Origin: Octopus bimaculoides
Lineage: Eukaryota
Assembly (NCBI RefSeq): GCF_001194135.2
Contig: NC_069000.1
Coordinates: 3,744,338 to 3,776,591 of the forward strand
Length of the DNA stretch: 32,254 nucleotides
Direction of reading: 5' to 3'
Each line of letters starts with the position of its first letter. Positions within the stretch are counted from its first letter, which is position 1. Under the pieces are notes generated by a model. The model saw nothing but the letters and a program-made list of their open reading frames with translations. It was not told the origin of the DNA and did not search any database. This document shows positions 1 through 12,800 of this stretch, piece by piece. Made by a program: the position numbers and the translations under genes.

Positions 1-347
1 ATATATACATATATTACCAGTAGAAGCTACCGAACAAAAATTTGACTCCAACGTAGAAGTAAGCATCAATTAACGGAAGGCAAAATTAATACCCTAGATT
101 TTCAAGAAGCCAAATAGAAAGCTCAAAATGGCGAAGATCGATTATAGAAACACTACTGACCTCATTTTCAATTCTCGATAATTGCATGCTTTCCGGTCGA
201 AAGATAGACATGTGTCGGTAATATTTGTATTAATATAAGTTTGAGAATTCAGAATGAATTGAGAAGGAAAGTGAAATATTTTGGTCCGGAGCAGGTATAC
301 CGTTTGGCTAAAAAGTTCGTCTATTTTTGTTTTGTTTTTGTTTTTTT

Positions 348-535
348 CGACTTCAGTTCTAGTGTGCGGAAACCTGTGTGTGCGTCTTCTTGATTAACAT
401 GGATACCACCAATGCCTGGCGAATAAATTTGCCTGACGGAAACCCTGTGGAAGCCAGTTGTGTATGTGTGTCCTACTAACAGTTGGCAACCGGTATTGGT
501 TTGTTTACGTCCCCGTAATTTAGCTTTGCTAGCTG
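348..535 (+). mobile_element. Degenerate SINE, family B (GGCGCAGG-head type), internal part
   Basis: gacggaaaccctgtggaagccagttg resembles gacggaaactgaaagaatcccgtcg at 9960. caaccggtattggtttgtttacgtccccgtaatttagc resembles caactggtgttgaggtgttcatgacccggtaattagc at 18134. Confidence 0.65.
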
Positions 536-1180
536 TGTTTTTCTTTGCCACGTTTCTTTATCGTTTTTGAAATTCGAATAAATGTTATCTCTTTTCAAAC
601 ATGTGAAGATGGAATGCTGAATAGAAGAAATAACAAAAAAACGAAGGAATTTATCTAAAACACCAATATTATCAGATTAGGATATCATAAAGAAAGAATA
701 TATTCAGAAAGCTGTGCAAATAATTAGGAATGTAGCGTAATTTGAGAGTGAAGCAAATTAACTTAAAGAACACTTTGAAAAGGAAATCTCGAGAATGTTT
801 AAATTAGCGTGGTAATGGGTGCATGAATGGAAGCACTGTTGATAGGAAGTAATAAATAAAACTTAGTTTAAATTGGAAGAACCCGGAAACAAATTTGTAC
901 GTATGTCTCATTGTTAGAACGTGAAAAGGAATTATGCTAACGAGGAATGGTAAGCGGCATAAATAATGGGGAGATAATTCATTTGTTGTGAAGGGTGTGA
1001 AAGGTGTGTTTATGAAGCGAGGAAAATAAAAAATAAAAAGAGCGAGAGAGAAACACAGCGGATAAAAAAGGGTGATTTAAGAGATGAGGACGGAAAGTGA
1101 ATAGTTAGAAATAAATATAGAATGTATGATAAGGGAGGAATCCTCTTAGAATGTTCTTGAAAATTATTGCCTGACATTAA

Positions 1181-1378
1181 GGCGGCGACCTGGCAGGATC
1201 GTTAGCGCGCCGGGAAAAAATGCTTAGCGCCAACTCGCTAGTCTTTACGTTCTGCGTTCAAATCCTGCCGAGGGTACCTTTTTTATCCTTTCGGGCTCAA
1301 TAAAATAAGAACGATTCTAGCACGGGGTGGGGAGATGTAATGGACTTACCACCCCATTCCTGACATTTCTGGCGTTCT
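1181..1378 (+). mobile_element. tRNA-derived SINE, family A (GGCGGCGA-head), near full length
   Basis: Head ggcggcgacctggcaggatcgttagc with A-box-like tggcaggatcg and B-box gttcaaatc (1256-1264). Body tttatcctttcgggctcaataaaataag is homologous to copies at 18184, 20011 and 27523. Confidence 0.9.
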
Positions 1379-2120
1379 CCCAAACTTCGAAGCCAACATG
1401 TGGCATGACATACTAAGGACAGTAAAGCTATGTAGATGATGAGAAAATTTTACAGGGCGTTTGCGACTAATGGAAAGGTTTATAATGTATGAAACCAGGT
1501 CATAAGAATCATCAGTTGCATAGCAGTAGGTGTCGAAAGCGAAGCTGAATCTCAAATATGCAGAATGGTGGTAAAGTAATAGCTAGATTCTAACATATTT
1601 TATAATGGTAAGCAGGAAAGGAACTACGAAAGAATACTCCGGAATACATTATCTTATCACACAATTCCTCCCCTGAGGATTATAAGTGAATATTAACATG
1701 ACATATGCATAGATAAGTATCCCCGGGAGATATTACCAGTGGATAACTTGATATTCTTCAAAATATTTGTCTTCCAAATATTTGTCAATTAACATGATAA
1801 ATATTTAGAAGAATATAAATTTCAAAAGCTTTGAGAAATGATAATCATATACAGAAAATCAAATGGCGTTAGACTATTGCTGGTGAATCATTGAAAACAA
1901 TGTGCCTACAAAGAGGCCTCACTTAGTCATAGAAATAGCTGTTAAATCCTCCTCGAATAACATCTTAGGTCACACAACACTAGATACGGTAATGTATTAA
2001 TATTATATGCAATCAGGTGAAACCTATAGTGGGATGATCATAACTGGAACGTTTGAACGTGGATTTATTTCAATGAGATACACGGGAGACAAAAAGATAA
2101 CAAGAACAGTAAGCGCTCGC

Positions 2121-2252
2121 ACACACGCCCACACACACGCCCACAGATACACATATATATGTTTGTATGTATGTACGTATGTATGTACGTATGTATGAAC
2201 GTATGTATGTACGTATATTTATGCGTGTGTGCGTGAGAGTGTGTATATTCAC

Positions 2253-2287
<35 letters not shown>

Positions 2288-2290
2288 ATA
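2121..2290. repeat. Compound microsatellite (CA)n/(TACG,TATG)n/(TA)n/(TG)n
   Basis: Directly visible. It explains ORFs 2065-2406 and 2070-2324. Confidence 0.9.
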
Positions 2291-2522
2291 GAAGAATATG
2301 GAAATATGTTGTTAAAGAGTGCATACCATTCTAATTGAAATATGGTGTTTGTGTGACGGTATAAATGAATGAATGCAAGGAATACCATTGAGAAAACAAC
2401 ATACATCGTTGGAGTGTGCAGGTATTACCGTCATCTTAAAATGGAATTGGATGGAATTGGTAGTGGTGAAATTATGATGCTTTGCTACCAGATAAGATTA
2501 ATGCACACACACATGCATACAT

Positions 2523-2556
<34 letters not shown>

Positions 2557-3300
2557 GTATATACACAACTTCAAATAGACCTACACATGTTTTTTACTGC
2601 ATCGATTAGCAACCGTTGCATTTGAAACCCTACTATAATAGCGGTGCGATATTCAGCAGTTTATAGAATGCATTGATACCATGCATCGTACTCCACTGGA
2701 TATTGAAGTGGAATTTCGAACTTGACTCCTATCTTTTGGTTACATGTCATACATCCCAGTTCATACATATGTTTATGCGTGCATGTGTGTATGTACGTAC
2801 GTATGTATATTTGATATTCATTCGTAAAAATATTTGTTAAATATTACAATTCGTGAATTTAAACAAATCGATCTTTGCGTACTGAACTAAAGTTAAATAT
2901 GTCTCTTCTGCACACTTTAAGCTGAGCAGAGGACTGCCGAGGTCTGTGTGTAGATATTTGTTGATTTGCGAAAGAAACGAAGAAATGAAAACTGAAACAA
3001 GAACAAATAAAGAAATCAAGATATCTATTTAAGCGTTGAATATGAATTATTTATCCTCTAATGCTTTTCTAACTATACAGATAACTAATCGCCTGTAGCA
3101 TTTTCGTGTGAAGAAAAGAGAAATACAAAAACAGTTCGGCCATTTTGACAGAGTATTCTGTGAGAGTATATAGTGTCTTGGAACTCAATGAAAAAGATTA
3201 TATAAATTGAGGTAAAATAAATATATACACATAAAATATACCGAAGTTGAAAAAACTAGAAATTTATAAAATTGTCAGTCATACGAAAAAATATCGGTGA

Positions 3301-3603
3301 TGATCTCTCTCCTTCCCTCTCTCTCTGTCTCTCTCTCTCTCTGTCTCATTCTCTCTCTCTGTAGCTCTCAGTCTTTTTCTCTATCTCTCTATTTCAGTCC
3401 CTCTGTCTCTGTACCTCTCAGTCTCATTCTCCTATTCTTTCTCTGAATATTGAACAATCTTTCCATTTTCTTTTTCTGTTGATGTGTATACACACTCACA
3501 CAGACACACACATACACCCCCACATACATATATATATACATGTGCATATAAATATATATATATATGCATATATATGTACATATGAATTTTTTGTATGTAT
3601 ATT

Positions 3604-3639
<36 letters not shown>

Positions 3640-3671
3640 TACATATATATATACGTATATTTATGTAAATG

Positions 3672-3705
<34 letters not shown>

Positions 3706-3790
3706 AAGATACACACACATAATACATGCATATATACATGCATACATATTTTCTAAATACGTGTGCAAAAGGGCGTGTGCGTGAGTGCAT
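3301..3790. repeat. CT-rich tract followed by compound (CA)/(TA) microsatellite
   Basis: Directly visible. Confidence 0.9.
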
Positions 3791-4165
3791 TGTATTAAAG
3801 GGACGATCATATTCGTGTTTAATATTTTCAAGGAATTATTTTCGTCTTTACGTATTTGCTCTTAATGTTTAACGCCATATTTTTTGCGAATAGGTTGTTA
3901 GGACATTTAGAATTGCTTTTGTCTGGTGTGCAATTAACGAAACGAGGCTACGGCCGAAGTCATCTGGTTAGTTGATTAATGCTATGCCACTAATCATTTT
4001 AGCACGAAGTTGTTTTTTGTTTTTTTTTCGGTCAAGAATCAAGAACAAGATCGCTACTCTGCAATCGTGCTCCATGTTCAACCTTCGATGTTTTTCTTCC
4101 CAGAGTTTTAAACTCAGCTTTCTACATGTTATTATATATAGCCTTATCTAATTCAAGTTCCACCG

Positions 4166-4167
<2 letters not shown>

Positions 4168-4219
<52 letters not shown>
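4168..4219. repeat. (TA)n microsatellite
   Basis: Pure TA run. Confidence 0.95.
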
Positions 4220-4222
<3 letters not shown>

Positions 4223-4226
4223 TAAT

Positions 4227-4325
4227 CCTACAACGGTCCCGTGTCCCGTCCAGGTGGGGATTTTATACGCCATGGATACAGGGAGTCGGCCCTTATGATT
4301 CGGTATGATTCAAGAATGTAACTTT
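4227..4325 (+). mobile_element. 3' part of a further SINE-like repeat (gtcccgtccaggtgggg...ggcccttatga)
   Basis: Resembles the cctgcgatggactggcgtcccgtccaggg motif I recall from V-domain-type SINE tails. Single copy in this window, so the call rests on recollection. Confidence 0.5.
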
Positions 4326-4699
4326 TACCTTGCTTTCAGTGGTAGAGTGAGGCTCAACGTGTGTAATGTTCTGTGTACATAAGATATACTTAGAATTGAG
4401 GATCTAAGAAAGCTCAATGTGCGACATAGATTATTGACGTGGTGTTGTGAAACGCATCTCAAAACACAAAAGCAGATATCATACAGTTGGGAAAATTTGT
4501 CGTGAATCATTATTATCTATCATAAATCACTTATCGAAATCACACGGTAACCGCGTGCCGAAGATGCAATGTTAAAACTAGAATGAAAGACAGAGAAAAT
4601 ATGAATAAAAATCGATGCGAATTCGTTGCAACGAGTCTCTTTACAAAGAACAAAAATAAAGCAGGAAGAATATATTGGTAGCCATTGACACTAAGACGG

Positions 4700-4760
4700 T
4701 GCTACCGCTTCTACTTGCCCCAGAGGGATGAGCGATAAAGTCAGACGAGATGAAATTTCA
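4700..4760 (-). mobile_element. Highly degenerate SINE family A fragment
   Basis: ccccagagggatgagcgataaagtc resembles ccccgaaaagatgaaaagcaaagtc at 20112. Confidence 0.4.
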
Positions 4761-5021
4761 TTTTTGAAAGTCCAGCAATGAAAGAAAAGATTAGAAAACA
4801 TCAATCTAAATTTCAATTCTAGTCGGTGAACTGCTGCTTCCCTGCAAGATATGGATGACCTAAACTAAATATAATATCAAGAAAGAAAAGGAGATCACAG
4901 TACTTTGCAGTGAGTGGTTTCTGTGTTGTTTGACCTTCCATAGAATTTAAAATTTCGTATAATTTTTCGTTTAAACGTGTTTACTAATATTCTGCCAGAA
5001 GTGTGAAGAATTATCATAAGC

Positions 5022-5170
5022 TTCGGTATGGCTGTGTGGTTAACAAGCTCGCTTTTGAAACAGCGCATTCCAGATTCTGTCTCACTTTGTGGCAAACTCA
5101 CCAGACACCTCTACTACAACCCTTGATCAATTGATACCATATGAGTGAATGTAACAGACTGACACTATCA
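5022..5170 (+). mobile_element. Degenerate SINE family B, 5' part
   Basis: gtatggctgtgtggttaacaagctcgct resembles gagtggctgtgtggtaagacgcttact at 9883. Colinear decayed body up to tgagtgaatgtaacagactgacact. Confidence 0.65.
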
Positions 5171-5437
5171 TACTATCATAAAGACTGTCTGTCGTATACA
5201 TACATACATACATACATACNNNNNNNNNNNNNNNNNNNNNNNNNNNNNNNNNNNNNNNNNNNNNNNNNNNNNNNNNNNNNNNNNNNNNNNNNNNNNNNNN
5301 NNNNNNNNNNNNNNNNNNNATATATATATATATATATACTTATGCATATGAACATGATATACGGAAATGCATGTGGATACATTATATACATATAAAACAT
5401 GATGGTTATTACATTTTTGTATCTTTGATATATATAC

Positions 5438-5478
<41 letters not shown>

Positions 5479-6684
5479 TGATAAATGTATGTATGTATTT
5501 TTCTGTCTATGAAGGTAGAAATCTATGTATAGATGCCAATTTATGTAACGAATTGTGTTTCTGAAAGGATTCATTGCACATTTTCAATTTGTTTTATCTT
5601 GGCAGACTCCCTCCCTGAAGGCAAAAGCATCAGATATGATTTCAATATAATATAAAGAAATGAAAGATCGAGAGATTCATTCGTGGTTGTATTATACTAT
5701 TTCAACAGTCAATACAAACTTAAAATGTTAATTACTTTTGAACAGAAATATAATATTATTGCCTCAAGTATCCTTTTATCCACATATATAAATGAACATA
5801 AATGCATAGTCACACACACACACACACACACACACNNNNNNNNNNNNNNNNNNNNNNNNNNNNNNNNNNNNNNNNNNNNNNNNNNNNNNNNNNNNNNNNN
5901 NNNNNNNNNNNNNNNNNNNNNNNNNNNNNNNNNNNNNNNNNNNNNNNNNNNNNNNNNNNNNNNNNNNNNNNNNNNNNNNNNNNNNNNNNNNNNNNNNNNN
6001 NNNNNNNNNNNNNNNNNNNNNNNNNNNNNNNNNNNNNNNNNNNNNNNNNNNNNNNNNNNNNNNNNNNNNNNNNNNNNNNNNNNNNNNNNNNNNNNNNNNN
6101 NNNNNNNNNNNNNNNNNNNNNNNNNNNNNNNNNNATATATACATATATATATATATATATATACATATATATGTATGTATCTATATGCATATATGAATAT
6201 ATGAATGTGCTTCATGTATGCATGTATGCATATAACATATATATTTATTATGTTCATCCTCTCATCACCCAAGATTTTTATTTTAATAACTATATTGAAA
6301 AGTTAGTAAAACCGCTGGAATTGCAGAACTAAATTGCTTCACATTTATTTATTCTCCACATTTTAGTTTTTAGTTTAATTATTAAACAAGATTTCTTTTT
6401 AATGTTATCTCTTCTTTCAGTTTTATTCCAAGATGGCTGTTCTTTCTTGTTCATCTTTTTTTTCTGTTGTTGTTCTACAGCACGTCAGCCCTCGCTGTGC
6501 TGTATTCATAATTTTGTTTACTAAGGTTATTTTTATTCAAATCAAAATTCCTGTAAATTTGGTGTTGCTGAAATTATTGTTTGGTAAAATCCCCATCTCT
6601 AATTGAACATGTCACGTGATAATAGGGAATCTATTATCTGCCTATCGTATGTACCGTATGAAACAAAACTAAATAATAGAATAT

Positions 6685-6833
6685 CACGCAGGCAACGCTG
6701 TGGATTAGAAGTACACGTTGCAACCACGTGAGTTCAGGTTCAGTCCCTCTGGGCGGCACCTTGAGCGAGTGTCTTCTGCTGCAGTAATGGGAAATTGTGT
6801 GGATACCCGTCATGTATATACATGCATACATAA

Positions 6834-6865
<32 letters not shown>
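6685..6865 (+). mobile_element. SINE family B, 5' part, with internal microsatellite
   Basis: cacgcaggcaacgctgtgg...caaccacgtgagttcaggttcagtccctctgggcggcaccttgagcgagtgtcttctgct matches the reverse complement of 14620-14695. Confidence 0.8.
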
Positions 6866-6871
<6 letters not shown>

Positions 6872-7867
6872 TAGAAGGCGGCTAGACTCAGCATAAAACC
6901 AAAAATGGAAGCTTCCAATTGTCGCTAATGGGGACTAAGAATACGAGAAGTACCTACATTGCAAGAAGAGTGAATGCCCCTTATAGCCACAAAAAATACA
7001 GTTCTATGTACTGGCCGGAGAGTTAACCACCCCATAGCGAGCAAGGTCACTATACCAGCTAGTTAGTTTTGCATTTTATGAAATGCCATACGGTGTGGTT
7101 GAACCCGAAACCGCCTTAAAAACTTCAATTCCATTCATTTTCTTCGTTTACATACTTTGTTTATTATTTTTTTTTTCTGTTTTTATACTTATTTTTTGTA
7201 ATTCGTTAGTAAAGTGAAGGAAATATCGTCGCTAGCTTGCTCAATTCGAATAACCTCGTAAAAGTACACCAATAATTATCGTATACTCGATATTGTTGTT
7301 TTTGCTGTTGCTGCTGCTGTTGTGCAGATCTCCTCATTCAATAATAACCACCATGAAAATAAAATAAAAATGGGAGATCAAAAATTGTTTGTTCGACACT
7401 CTCTCACCCCGTGCAGTCTTTGGCTATCTTCGGCTGTCTTTCGTTTGTCTTCTGTTGTTTACAATGATAAATTATATACAATTATATATGAAACGCCAAT
7501 TGAGTTGTGCATGACATCTAATCGAATAGTCTGTTGTCTCTTCGAATCCTGAACTTCTAAACTGATCAAATTTTCGATTCGATGATTACATATAACTGAC
7601 AAATATTCTGATCTGACGGAACTTCACTTGAAAACGTTCTTAATGAACTGATGAGATGTTGATGAAGAAGATGAGAAAACTTAATTTATTTTATCGCTCT
7701 TTCACATTCTCACACGCTCTCTCTCTCTATATATATATATATGTATATCTCCCTTCTCCCTCTCTTCTCTATGTATTTCACACTCTTTCTGTCTCTATGT
7801 ATGCGCATGTATATTTAAATATATACGTTTGTGTGAATGTATATGTACATACACATTTATGTGTATG

Positions 7868-7934
<67 letters not shown>

Positions 7935-8249
7935 GTGTATGTAGGTATGTTCATTTTTCTGTAAGCATTTCACACATACCACATTTCTATAATTTTATTG
8001 AATCAAGAGATTCTTTCATTTCTCCTCTCCATAATAATTATGATTATAAGAATATACTTATTTATCTACGCCTGTGGTTTTAGTTTATAAACGAATACAA
8101 GTATCCAGAGAATAAATGATACACAATGTTTTATTTCGAATAGAAAATAAGGTGAACATGATCAGCTGAGAGATAGGAACGTCGATGAAAGACAGAAAGT
8201 CTAAAATACAATAATTTTTTTTATTACTGATAGCCGTAATGGTAATAAC

Positions 8250-8420
8250 TCTGCCTACAATAGGCAGAAAGCATTTAACTTGGGGTGGGATGGGGTGGTG
8301 TGTCTATGCGATTACATCGACCCTAGGGTATAACTGGTACATATTTTTTCGATCCTTAAAAGATTGAAAGGATATCTTTGACAGCATTTGTACTCACGTC
8401 GTAAAGCCAGGAAGAAACGT
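8250..8420 (-). mobile_element. Degenerate SINE family A
   Basis: gattacatcgaccctagggtataactggtacatattttttcgatcc matches gattacatcgatcccagtactcaactggtacttaatttatctaccc at 20069. Confidence 0.8.
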
Positions 8421-9234
8421 TGCCACGTCAAAAGCTTTCAAATGGATTTTCTGTTTTAGAGAGAGACATCTGTATATATATATATATNNNNNNNNNNNNN
8501 NNNNNNNNNNNNNNNNNNNNNNNNNNNNNNNNNNNNNNNNNNNNNNNNNNNNNNNNNNNNNNNNNNNNNNNNNNNNNNNNNNNNNNNNNNNNNNNNNNNN
8601 NNNNNNNNNNNNNNNNNNNNNNNNNNNNNNNNNNNNNNNNNNNNNNNNNNNNNNNNNNNNNNNNNNNNNNNNNNNNNNNNNNNNNNNNNNNNNNNNNNNN
8701 NNNNNNNNNNNNNNNNNNNNNNNNNNNNNNNNNNNNNNNNNNNNNNNNNNNNNNNNNNNNNNNNNNNNNNNNNNNNNNNNNNNNNNNNNNNNNNNNNNNN
8801 NNNNNNNNNNNNNNNNNNNNNNNNNNNNNNNNNNNNNNNNNNNNNNNNNNNNNNNNNNNNNNNNNNNNNNNNNNNNNNNNNNNNNNNNNNNNNNNNNNNN
8901 NNNNNNNNNNNNNNNNNNNNNNNNNNNNNNNNNNNNNNNNNNNNNNNNNNNNNNNNNNNNNNNNNNNNNNNNNNNNNNNNNNNNNNNNNNNNNNNNNNNN
9001 NNNNNNNNNNNNNNNNNNNNNNNNNNNNNNNNNNNNNNNNNNNNNNNNNNNNNNNNNNNNNNNNNNNNNNNNNNNNNNNNNNNNNNNNNNNNNNNNNNNN
9101 NNNNNNNNNNNNNNNNNNNNNNNNNNNNNNNNNNNNNNNNNNNNNNNNNNNNNNNNNNNNNNNNNNNNNNNNNNNNNNNNNNNNNNNNNNNNNNNNNNNN
9201 NNNNNNNNNNNNNNNNNNNNNNNNNNNNNNNNNN

Positions 9235-9266
<32 letters not shown>

Positions 9267-9789
9267 ATCTCTATGAAAAACGAATCAATTCAGTGAACTC
9301 GAAAACTCAATAATTTATTCATATAATCAGGAATGACAAGTTTATTAACTTAAAATTCGATATTTATGTCGCTAGTTACTTAGACAATCATATAACGAAG
9401 TAATTGAAATGTGTGCAATGCACAATTTCATTTCTGCTCGAATTATCCCATACAAGACTACAAACGTATAACGTCTACAGTTGGATAGAAACCTTTCCAT
9501 AATATACGCAATATCGTAATGGTCTGAATATTGGTCTAGCATGGCTTTGCACTTTAGAAGATCCTACAACAAGATGATTTACGGGTTGAACTTTTACCCA
9601 ACATAAAAAAAAAATTGTGTATGGTGTCTGCGTAGAACCTTAGGCAAGAGTCTTACCTTAGCTGTAGTTAAAGCAGTTGATTTCTGGTAATTTGGTAGAA
9701 AAGAAAAAACAATGCTAAAGATCACCATGTATATACATATATACATAAAAACATACGCACACACATATATATATGTATATATGTGTCTG

Positions 9790-9851
<62 letters not shown>

Positions 9852-9875
9852 TATAGATATAGATATATATATATA

Positions 9876-9995
9876 GGCGCAGGAGTGGCTGTGTGGTAAG
9901 ACGCTTACTTCCTCTGGTATAGCCTCGAGCCGACCAGATCCTTGTGAGTGGATCTGATAGACGGAAACTGAAAGAATCCCGTCGTATATATATAT
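9876..9995 (+). mobile_element. SINE family B, 5' part with internal deletion, runs into N-gap
   Basis: ggcgcaggagtggctgtgtggtaag head, then tatagcctcgagccgacc...tgtgagtggatctgatagacggaaactgaaagaatcccgtcgtata. It lacks the caaccacatggtt...accttgggcaag segment seen in other copies. Confidence 0.9.
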
Positions 9996-10903
9996 NNNNN
10001 NNNNNNNNNNNNNNNNNNNNNNNNNNNNNNNNNNNNNNNNNNNNNNNNNNNNNNNNNNNNNNNNNNNNNNNNNNNNNNNNNNNNNNNNNNNNNNNNNNNN
10101 NNNNNNNNNNNNNNNNNNNNNNNNNNNNNNNNNNNNNNNNNNNNNNNNNNNNNNNNNNNNNNNNNNNNNNNNNNNNNNNNNNNNNNNNNNNNNNNNNNNN
10201 NNNNNNNNNNNNNNNNNNNNNNNNNNNNNNNNNNNNNNNNNNNNNNNNNNNNNNNNNNNNNNNNNNNNNNNNNNNNNNNNNNNNNNNNNNNNNNNNNNNN
10301 NNNNNNNNNNNNNNNNNNNNNNNNNNNNNNNNNNNNNNNNNNNNNNNNNNNNNNNNNNNNNNNNNNNNNNNNNNNNNNNNNNNNNNNNNNNNNNNNNNNN
10401 NNNNNNNNNNNNNNNNNNNNNNNNNNNNNNNNNNNNNNNNNNNNNNNNNNNNNNNNNNNNNNNNNNNNNNNNNNNNNNNNNNNNNNNNNNNNNNNNNNNN
10501 NNNNNNNNNNNNNNNNNNNNNNNNNNNNNNNNNNNNNNNNNNNNNNNNNNNNNNNNNNNNNNNNNNNNNNNNNNNNNNNNNNNNNNNNNNNNNNNNNNNN
10601 NNNNNNNNNNNNNNNNNNNNNNNNNNNNNNNNNNNNNNNNNNNNNNNNNNNNNNNNNNNNNNNNNNNNNNNNNNNNNNNNNNNNNNNNNNNNNNNNNNNN
10701 NNNNNNNNNNNNNNNNNNNNNNNNNNNNNNNNNNNNNNNNNNNNNNNNNNNNNNNNNNNNNNNNNNNNNNNNNNNNNNNNNNNNNNNNNNNNNNNNNNNN
10801 NNNNNNNNNNNNNNNNNNNNNNNNNNNNNNNNNNNNNNNNNNNNNNNNNNNNNNNNNNNNNNNNNNNNNNNNNNNNNNNNNNNNNNNNNNNNNNGCCAGG
10901 AAC

Positions 10904-10974
10904 CCATTAGATTTGTATGGAGTTACCATTAGATTTGTATGGAGTTACCATTAGATTTGTATGGAGTTACCATT
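10904..10974. repeat. Perfect 22-bp minisatellite (ccattagatttgtatggagtta) x3.2
   Basis: Identical units at 10904, 10926 and 10948, with a partial unit at 10970. Confidence 0.97.
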
Positions 10975-11875
10975 TTTCCTTTTGTATATCAGCTAAGAAG
11001 CTAACGAGCCTCATTTGCTCTACGGCCCTGGGCCGGTGACTGTGACTGACTTTCTTCCGGTTCTCATTGTGTGACATATTAATTAATCCATAACTGTGAC
11101 CCTGGGAGTGTAAACCTGAAAATAAGTGTGTCTAAGAACAATTTCAACACTCTTCAAATTCTTAGAACTCTGAATCTAGCACCGACAGCCAGATGCACTT
11201 TAAACTTATACGAATGACATTTATCTCTGTATGTGCGATTTTACAAGGAGACTAGCAGAGTGGGCGAGTTGAAGCGGTTAATTCACGATGCTGTTTAGCA
11301 ATAATGAATGGAATACCAAGAAGAGGAAGAAATTAATGAAAGCCTGAGTAAATACAAAGTAAGAAAATGCCTGAAATTCTAACACACTTCGTGATAAATT
11401 CTTCAAACATTAACCATCGGAAAGAAAGAAGAATCAATAAAGGATTATGACTGTAGAGAAACGAAAACGCCATAATGTCATTAGAATGTAATAATATTTT
11501 AAAATAGATTAATATAAAAATATCTCAAAACACATAAATATGAGTCAAATGTATAAATATTTACATGAAGAGAGAGTTCTTTGGGAAGCAAAGAGATAAC
11601 CACTTAATGACATTCTGTTATTTTAATTTTTAAAATATTTTAATTCTTACTGGAAGGTAATCAAGAAAATCTGTTTATTTAACAATATTTCACTCGATCC
11701 CAAAAACTTTAGAATTAATCAGGTATGAATTAACCTGAAACAAAAAGGCAAAAATTTCGAAATGTAAGATAAAAATGATTATTATATGTAAATTAATCAT
11801 TATTATTACTCCAACCATCATTAATATTGCTATTATTTTGATTAGCGCTATTGTTGCTGTTATCATCACCATCGT

Positions 11876-11917
11876 CGTCATCATCATCATCAACATCATC
11901 ATCATCATCATCATCAT

Positions 11918-11969
<52 letters not shown>

Positions 11970-11986
11970 TTCATCAACATCATCAT
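11876..11986. repeat. (CAT)n trinucleotide microsatellite
   Basis: Directly visible. It generates the poly-D, poly-M and poly-I ORFs. Confidence 0.95.
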
Positions 11987-12706
11987 CGCCATTAGTTAAA
12001 GAAATAAACTCCAAGTTTCAGAATAAATATTTAATTAGTTGACTGTTATGATTATGTTACAATTTTGAGGGGGAAAATCTATTAAAGAAACTTAACAAGT
12101 GTGCATGTACAATGTGTGTGTANNNNNNNNNNNNNNNNNNNNNNNNNNNNNNNNNNNNNNNNNNNNNNNNNNNNNNNNNNNNNNNNNNNNNNNNNNNNNN
12201 NNNNNNNNNNNNNNNNNNNNNNNNNNNNNNNNNNNNNNNNNNNNNNNNNNNNNNNNNNNNNNNNNNNNNNNNNNNNNNNNNNNNNNNNNNNNNNNNNNNN
12301 NNNNNNNNNNNNNNNNNNNNNNNNNNNNNNNNNNNNNNNNNNNNNNNNNNNNNNNNNNNNNNNNNNNNNNNNNNNNNNNNNNNNNNNNNNNNNNNNNNNN
12401 NNNNNNNNNNNNNNNNNNNNNNNNNNNNNNNNNNNNNNNNNNNNNNNNNNNNNNNNNNNNNNNNNNNNNNNNNNNNNNNNNNNNNNNNNNNNNNNNNNNN
12501 NNNNNNNNNNNNNNNTGTGTGTGTGTGTGTGTGTGTGTGTGTGTTGTAAAACGTGTCTTTGAATACAAGAAATTAATTTTAATATCAAATAAACATTATT
12601 CTTGATATTGTCTTACTTCGATAGCAACTTTTTCCCTGTAGTTTCCACAACATTGCGTATTTGGCCATAATTGAAATCAATTAACTATTTATCTTTAAAA
12701 TCAACA

Positions 12707-12800
12707 GACGCAGCCGTGGTTTTGAGGATAAGTAGATTCCATCCCAATCACGTGGTGTTCGGTTCGATCCGTCAGCGTCTCACCTTAGGAAAGTATCATA
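12707..12800 (+). mobile_element. Degenerate SINE family B head
   Basis: gacgcagccgtggtt...cccaatcacgtggtgttcggttcgatccg...caccttaggaaagt, including B-box ggttcgatcc. Confidence 0.6.

Noticed and set aside
321-551. 76-aa minus-strand ORF
   Set aside because: It is the antisense reading of a degenerate SINE family B copy.
1181-1270. tRNA gene (A and B boxes)
   Set aside because: The boxes continue into a SINE body repeated elsewhere in the window, and no cloverleaf acceptor stem is evident.
7322-7680. Unique-sequence block with short ORFs on both strands
   Set aside because: It has no recognisable peptide and no paired strong splice sites. It could be regulatory or UTR sequence, but this cannot be supported.
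10904-10974. CRISPR-like array
   Set aside because: The units are contiguous with no spacers, and the context is eukaryotic.
11690-12014. Poly-Asp, poly-Met and poly-Ile ORFs
   Set aside because: These are translations of a (CAT)n microsatellite in different frames, with no splice or homology support.
8420-12605. Long ORFs of 150-437 aa
   Set aside because: They consist almost entirely of X residues from N gaps.
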